From Bacteroidota bacterium (GTDB lineage Bacteria; Bacteroidota; Bacteroidia; UBA4408), in NCBI GenBank assembly GCA_037131955.1, contig JBAXQC010000003.1, positions 9,928 through 73,927 of the forward strand: 64,000 bases of DNA, read 5' to 3'. A model generated the notes under the pieces. That model searched no databases, was not told where the DNA came from, and was given only the letters and a program-made list of their open reading frames with translations. Shown piece by piece: positions 58,867 to 64,000 of the stretch (the first letter of the stretch is position 1; the number at the start of each line of letters is the position of its first letter). The position numbers were made by a program, and so were the translations under genes.

Positions 58867-60295
58867 CTAATTTTCTTTTATAATAGGATTGCATCATACT
58901 GTAATAAATTGGTAACAAAATATTTTTTAATTCAATTTTAAAGTTTTTATCTTTTAGGTATGATTTTACTTTATTTATATTTTCTTTTTTTCTAAATCTT
59001 TTGTGAACATAGCTATGCAATACACGATAAAATTCTGGAGGATATGTATTTTTAAACATGAGCAAGAGGTCGTCTGAATGTGACCAGTTTTGTTTTTCGC
59101 TTAATTGATCTTTTACTTTGTCGTAAAATTTAGTTCCGGGCAATGGATATGAAATAGAAATTCCAATATCATTTGGCATACAGTCCTCCAGCATTTCAAT
59201 TGTTTTTTCTATATCGCTCCAATCTTCGCCTAGATAGCCAAATTGTAAAAAAAATGCTGGTTCAATTTCTTTTTCTTTCATCAAGCGGCAGGCCAACTTA
59301 ATTTGTTCAACTTTTGTACCTTTATCCATAGCATCAAGAATTTTTTGAGAACCAGATTCTGCACCTACCCAAATAGTTTTGCAACCTGAGCGTTTTAAAT
59401 CATCCAAATAATCTGGTTGCAATAATAAGTCAACTCTTGATTGAATTTTGTATTCAAATTTTAAATTTTCGCTTTCAATTATATCTGCAAATTCTTTTAC
59501 CCAATTTGGTTTTAATCCAAAAATATCATCACAGAACCAAATATTTGTGGCTCCAAATTTATTTACTAAAATTTTTAGTTCTTCTACAACTAATTTTGGC
59601 GATCTAGAATTATATCGGTTGCCATAGATAGGTTTTGCACACCAGTTGCATTTGTATGGGCAGCCTCTTGTAGTGGCACAGTTTAATGTAAAATATCCGT
59701 TTTTATTTTTCCATTTACCTTTATAAAGTTCAATATCTATCAAATCCCATGCTGGTAACCCAAGCTCATCAATATTTTTAATAACTTCTCTTTTATCATT
59801 TATTTTTATAGCTAATTCATTGTTAAACGCAATGCCATTAACTGTTTGCCATATTTCGTTGGAAATGTATTTTAAGTAAAATTCTTTTAAAGATTGTTCA
59901 ATCTCACCCAAAAAAACTACTGAGGCTCCTGCTTTTAAATATTTTTGAAAATGGTCAGTAGAATCTGAACTTGCCACCATTGAAAAAATATTTCTTTTTG
60001 ATGCATACGCAATCATTTTTACAGATGCTTCTCGCATGTTCGTAAGACACATTTTTGTTAAGTAATTAAATCCATCATCACAAATTAAAAATAAATCTGG
60101 TTGCATAGAATCAATTATACTAAAAATGTTTTCTTCGGAATGTTCAAACATACAATCGTAGAAAACTACTTCTGCGCCACAATCTCTTAATACTTTTGCA
60201 GCGTAAATGGTTCCAAGCGGAGGAAATGGTTGCATTATTTTTTCTTGCTTTGGATCAAATCTTAAAAAGTAGGAATGTGTTATTAATACTTTCAT
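58853..60295 (-). CDS. B12-binding-domain radical SAM enzyme (class B), copy 1
   Basis: Track start 60304 is TTG. ATG at 60295 (MKVLITHSYF) forms an ATGA overlap with the upstream stop. QPFPPLGTIYAAKVL; TRGCPYKCNWCA (CxxxCxxC); IWVGAESGS. Confidence 0.8.
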   Translation of the reverse strand: MKVLITHSYFLRFDPKQEKIMQPFPPLGTIYAAKVLRDCGAEVVFYDCMFEHSEENIFSIIDSMQPDLFLICDDGFNYLTKMCLTNMREASVKMIAYASKRNIFSMVASSDSTDHFQKYLKAGASVVFLGEIEQSLKEFYLKYISNEIWQTVNGIAFNNELAIKINDKREVIKNIDELGLPAWDLIDIELYKGKWKNKNGYFTLNCATTRGCPYKCNWCAKPIYGNRYNSRSPKLVVEELKILVNKFGATNIWFCDDIFGLKPNWVKEFADIIESENLKFEYKIQSRVDLLLQPDYLDDLKRSGCKTIWVGAESGSQKILDAMDKGTKVEQIKLACRLMKEKEIEPAFFLQFGYLGEDWSDIEKTIEMLEDCMPNDIGISISYPLPGTKFYDKVKDQLSEKQNWSHSDDLLLMFKNTYPPEFYRVLHSYVHKRFRKKENINKVKSYLKDKNFKIELKNILLPIYYSMMQSYYKRKLDAFK

Positions 60296-61236
60296 TTCTT
60301 GCAATATTCAGATATACCTTTATTATATTTTCCCAAAACTACATTCTGAAATCCTCTGGGATGATGCTTGGAACTAGATTTTAATGACCTAAAATTTAGG
60401 TCAAAATTATTTTTATTTAAGGAACCAAATTTATTTTTCCACCGCTTTAATGTTTGGTTTAGCAGAAATGTGTCTATCTTATTAGAAAAATAATCAGAAA
60501 AAATATTCTCAACTATTTTTTTAAAAATGCTGGTGAAAGGCTTAATGTTCCATGATTCTTTTTGAATGGTGTTGGGTAAGAAACTTTTAGACCAATTATT
60601 TTCTTTTATAAACAGTTCAAAAATTGAAGTACCATAAACGTTTTGTAAAGTAGAAATTTCTGTAGCTGTAAAAATATTTTTATCTGGAATAATAAGATTA
60701 TCATCAGAAATTAAATAATTGATGCAGAAATATTTTTTGTTGTTGAACAAAAATATTTTTTTAAAAAGGATGAGGAGAGTTCTACAAAGCCACAATTTGT
60801 TTTTTTTAGTAATAATAAAAAAATCGATGTCGGTCTCTTTACCCCAAACTCCTTTAGAGAGCGATCCACTTAAATTTATACTCTCAACATATGGAAAACT
60901 TGCAATAAGTTTAACAACATTTTTTATCCTCTTTTTTTTTCTTTTGTAGTTGTTTTCTCCAATTAATCTGTTGTTTATTTGATTTAAATTCTCTTCTAAT
61001 TGATAATATTTTGAAGTATTATAAATAAGATGTTTTGCTACTAAAATATCCAAGGCTTTTTTAATTTCTTCCTTTGTTTTTGATGACTGATTGTATTCAA
61101 AAATCTCATCCAGAGTTAGTGGAAAAGAAAATATTGAAAAATAAATTAAAGGTTCAAAAATAAATTTATATTCTTCTTGAGTAGAAACATTTTTTGCAGT
61201 TCTATGTGGTACAATCTCGTTTTCCAGATTTATCAT
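60292..61236 (-). CDS. hypothetical protein with Pol-beta-type nucleotidyltransferase motif
   Basis: LSGSLSKGVWGKETDIDFFII fits GS-x(9-11)-DxD of the minimal nucleotidyltransferase fold. The N-terminal about 90 aa could be a winged helix. No further assignment. Confidence 0.45.
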   Translation of the reverse strand: MINLENEIVPHRTAKNVSTQEEYKFIFEPLIYFSIFSFPLTLDEIFEYNQSSKTKEEIKKALDILVAKHLIYNTSKYYQLEENLNQINNRLIGENNYKRKKKRIKNVVKLIASFPYVESINLSGSLSKGVWGKETDIDFFIITKKNKLWLCRTLLILFKKIFLFNNKKYFCINYLISDDNLIIPDKNIFTATEISTLQNVYGTSIFELFIKENNWSKSFLPNTIQKESWNIKPFTSIFKKIVENIFSDYFSNKIDTFLLNQTLKRWKNKFGSLNKNNFDLNFRSLKSSSKHHPRGFQNVVLGKYNKGISEYCKK

Positions 61237-61652
61237 ACTACAGCAATTTTTTTAGCAACACTTAAACTGTTTTTATATACTTTAAATTTTTTACTCCTGT
61301 GCCAATTAATCAAAAAAGCATTTTCTATTATTGCACCAATTGAACGAGATAGAAGTTCCAATTCGTTGCTCAATGAATCTACTTTGCTTTTATTTTTAAT
61401 TAATTTTTCTTGTATCACCGTTCTGATATAACTCGTTAAATCATTTAAAATAATTACGTTATTGTCATATTTTTGTGTATCGGAGGAACTTTTAAGCATT
61501 TTTGTTTTGTTCTTAAAGGTGCTCTCAGAATTTTGTGAAGAATAGGTTAAAAGTAATAAAAATAAAAACTTTACCTTTGACTTGAATATCAATTGGTAAG
61601 AATCTAAAAATCTTATTACTTTTAAATAAATTATAGCTTTACTTTTAATCAT
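61233..61652 (-). CDS. hypothetical small protein (139 aa, or 88 aa from ATG 61499)
   Basis: ATGA stop/start overlap with the next gene argues it is translated. The N-terminal 50 aa look non-genic, so the start is uncertain. Confidence 0.35.
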   Translation of the reverse strand: MIKSKAIIYLKVIRFLDSYQLIFKSKVKFLFLLLLTYSSQNSESTFKNKTKMLKSSSDTQKYDNNVIILNDLTSYIRTVIQEKLIKNKSKVDSLSNELELLSRSIGAIIENAFLINWHRSKKFKVYKNSLSVAKKIAVV

Positions 61653-61686
61653 TATTCTTAAAATTGAGCTCTGAAAATTTTACACA

Positions 61687-62190
61687 ATGTATAAAATAAA
61701 AATTAATAAAAATACTGAATTTGAGGTTGAAAAGAACAATGAAAAAAATAATTCATGGTTTGTTAACAACAATTTAGTTAACATAGATTTAGCAGGTGAA
61801 AAAAACTTTCATATTTTATTAAACAACAAATCATACAATGCAGAAATTGTTGATAAGAATGCTCAAGAAAAAACGTTTAAAATAAAAGTTAATGGAACCA
61901 TATACGAAACCGAACTTAAAGATAAAATGGACTTTTTATTACAAAGCATGGGTTTGGATACATTAAATTCAAAAAAAATAAACGAGATAAAAGCTCCAAT
62001 GCCAGGCATGGTTTTGGATATTAAAGTAAACGAGGGAAGTACAGTTAAAAAAGGCGATGTTTTAATTGTTTTAGAAGCAATGAAAATGGAAAACAATCTA
62101 AAATCTCCTTCGGATGGAATTGTAAAAAAAATAGTTGCAAAAAAAGGAACAGCCGTTGAAAAAAATCAATTGCTAATTTCATTTGAGTAA
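61687..62190 (+). CDS. biotin carboxyl carrier / biotinyl-domain protein
   Basis: C-terminal biotinyl domain APMPGMVL...GD.L.VLEAMKMEN with the biotinylation motif AMKM. Confidence 0.8.
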   Translation: MYKIKINKNTEFEVEKNNEKNNSWFVNNNLVNIDLAGEKNFHILLNNKSYNAEIVDKNAQEKTFKIKVNGTIYETELKDKMDFLLQSMGLDTLNSKKINEIKAPMPGMVLDIKVNEGSTVKKGDVLIVLEAMKMENNLKSPSDGIVKKIVAKKGTAVEKNQLLISFE

Positions 62191-62524
62191 GATGAAAATT
62201 TCTCAAATTAAAAAACAAGAAAATATTCACATTCTTTTTTGGTTGATAAAAGATTTTTGTTGGTCATTGGAAATAAAATGGCTTGCTTTATTCATGGTTT
62301 TGCCAACTGTATCTTTAGCAATTGTTATTTTTTGGAATTCAAGAAATTTTTATTCCGAGGCAATTCATAATTTTGCTGTTTGCTTTTGGATTCTTGCAAA
62401 TTCAGTTTGGATGATTGGCGAGTTTATTGAAGTAGATTTTAGAATGATTGCTGCAACATTATTTTTTGTTGGGCTTACAACTTTAATTATTTATTACACA
62501 AAATTATACATAAAAAAAATTTAA
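62183..62524 (+). CDS. hypothetical membrane protein (113 aa, 3-4 TM)
   Basis: Hydrophobic helices. 8-nt overlap with the upstream stop suggests coupling. No family recognised. Confidence 0.45.
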   Translation: MSKMKISQIKKQENIHILFWLIKDFCWSLEIKWLALFMVLPTVSLAIVIFWNSRNFYSEAIHNFAVCFWILANSVWMIGEFIEVDFRMIAATLFFVGLTTLIIYYTKLYIKKI

Positions 62525-62541
62525 AAATTTAATAATACATT

Positions 62542-63234
62542 ATGAAAACAGGAGTAGTAATTTTCCCCGGCTCTAATTGTGATCGAGATATGATTTATGT
62601 TGTTGGAAAATTAATGGGTCAGCAAGTTGTAGAATTGTGGCACAAAGACAATGATTTGCAGAATTGCGATGTAATAATTTTGCCGGGCGGTTTTTCTTAT
62701 GGAGATTATTTAAGGAGTGGCGCCATTGCAAGGTTTTCTCCAATTATGGAAGAAGTTATAAAATTTGCAAATGCAGGTGGCATTATTTTTGGCGTTTGTA
62801 ATGGGTTTCAAGTTTTGTGTGAATCGCACTTGCTACCAGGTGCTCTTCTTAAGAATAACAACAATAAATTTATTTGCGAAAATGTTTACATAAAATCACA
62901 AACATCTAATTCCATTCTCACCAATTTAGTAGATATGGATAAAGCATTAAAAATTCCTATTGCACATGGCGAAGGTAGATTTTATTGTGACGATAAAACT
63001 TTAAAAGATTTAAACAATAGTTCGCAAATACTATTCCGTTATTGCAATAAAGAAGGTGATATTAGTATGGAATCAAATCCAAATGGCTCGATTGAAAATA
63101 TTGCTGGCATTTGCAACTCTAATAAAAATGTTTTTGGAATGATGCCACATCCCGAAAGAGCTGCTGATGAAGAACTTTTTAATACGGATGGAAAATCTTT
63201 GTTTGCATCATTGTACAGCAGGGTGTTAGCATAA
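62542..63234 (+). CDS. purQ: phosphoribosylformylglycinamidine synthase, glutaminase subunit
   Basis: VVIFPGSNCDRD, LPGGFSYGDYLR, catalytic GVCNGFQ, MMPHPER. Confidence 0.92.
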   Translation: MKTGVVIFPGSNCDRDMIYVVGKLMGQQVVELWHKDNDLQNCDVIILPGGFSYGDYLRSGAIARFSPIMEEVIKFANAGGIIFGVCNGFQVLCESHLLPGALLKNNNNKFICENVYIKSQTSNSILTNLVDMDKALKIPIAHGEGRFYCDDKTLKDLNNSSQILFRYCNKEGDISMESNPNGSIENIAGICNSNKNVFGMMPHPERAADEELFNTDGKSLFASLYSRVLA

Positions 63235-63255
63235 AATAATGATTAAATTATTTGA

Positions 63256-64000
63256 ATGAAATATTATATCGTTTCTGGTGAAGCCTCCGGAGATTTGCAT
63301 GCTTCCAATTTAATAAAAGAAATAAAAAAATTAGATCCTGAAGCCAACTTTAGAGCCTGGGGTGGAGATTTGGTAGAAAATGAAGGTGCTTTTTTGGTTA
63401 CTCATTACAAACACATAGCTTTTATGGGGTTTTGGGAGGTGCTAAAGAACATTAGTAAAATATTAAAATACATTGATTATTGTAAAAAAGACATTTCTGC
63501 CTACAAACCTCATGTATTAATACTTGTTGACTATCCTGGATTTAATTTGCGAATTGCAAGATTTGCAAAGGAAAATAACCATAAAACTATGTATTATATT
63601 TCTCCTCAAATATGGGCTTGGAAAACATCACGAGTAGAAATAATTAAAAAGTTTATAGATAAGGTAGTGGTTATACTTCCATTTGAAAAAGAATTTTACA
63701 AAAGATTTGATGTGGATGCAGAGTATGTTGGACATCCACTTTTAGATGCCATAGAGGAATTTAATAAAAATCCAATAAAATCTTATTCTTCAGAAAAACC
63801 AATTTTAGCATTACTACCAGGAAGCAGAATTCAAGAAATTGAAAGTATATTGCCTGAAATGTTGGGAGCAGCATTGCAAAAATCAGAATTTGAAATTATT
63901 GTTTCTTGTGCTCCATCTATTCCCATTGACGTTTACAACAAAATTATTGGCAACAAAAATGTAAAGCTTTGGCAAAATAAAACATACTCATTGTTACAAA
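63256..64000 (+). CDS. lpxB: lipid-A-disaccharide synthase (N-terminal part; runs off the right edge)
   Basis: Own translation from ATG 63256: MKYYIVSGEASGDLHASNLIKEIKKLDPEANFRAWGG...LVDYPGFNLRIARFAK...YYISPQIWAWK. Classic LpxB N-terminus. No stop in the window. Confidence 0.88.
   Translation, partial: MKYYIVSGEASGDLHASNLIKEIKKLDPEANFRAWGGDLVENEGAFLVTHYKHIAFMGFWEVLKNISKILKYIDYCKKDISAYKPHVLILVDYPGFNLRIARFAKENNHKTMYYISPQIWAWKTSRVEIIKKFIDKVVVILPFEKEFYKRFDVDAEYVGHPLLDAIEEFNKNPIKSYSSEKPILALLPGSRIQEIESILPEMLGAALQKSEFEIIVSCAPSIPIDVYNKIIGNKNVKLWQNKTYSLLQ

Noticed and set aside
61237-61686. Possible cobalamin riboswitch or leader RNA in front of the B12-radical-SAM operon, instead of the 139-aa ORF
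   Set aside because: The region is extremely AT-rich, with no B12-box-like GC-rich core (..AGYCMGG.G.CC..). The ATGA coupling of the ORF to the next gene favours a small protein.

Overview
AT-rich, densely packed chromosomal segment that reads as a Bacteroidota (Flavobacteriia/Cytophagia-like) genome. Support for this: two proteins end in type IX secretion (T9SS) C-terminal sorting domains, an exosortase XrtF pair is present, SprB-type repeats occur, and most intergenic regions carry the Bacteroidota TAnnTTTG -7 promoter box. I can support about 64 protein-coding genes, two of them cut by the window edges. Most are housekeeping: groES/groEL, glyA, queA, gcvT, pyrH, purQ, lpxB, rsmG, rdgB, secG and a cytochrome c oxidase accessory cluster. 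These are interleaved with envelope and glycan genes: GT2, GT4-like and GT11 glycosyltransferases, an FkbM methyltransferase, two TPR-PD40-OmpA paralogs, M1 and M16 peptidases and ABC transporters. There is one clear cis-regulatory RNA, a TPP riboswitch in front of a TonB-dependent receptor, and three good intrinsic terminators. I saw no rRNA, tRNA, CRISPR array, transposase, integrase, phage gene or recognisable defence gene. I do not see a clear-cut new system. The best candidate for uncharacterised biology is a five-gene, translationally coupled operon at 56664-61652 (two B12-binding radical SAM enzymes, a SAM methyltransferase, a nucleotidyltransferase-like protein and a small protein) with no recognisable pathway context. 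Next come a 1000-aa ABC transporter fusion with extra N- and C-terminal domains (27759-30761) and the XrtF pair. Several genes appear to need non-ATG starts, because the ORF track start is GTG or TTG. All family assignments come from motifs read by eye, not from searches.
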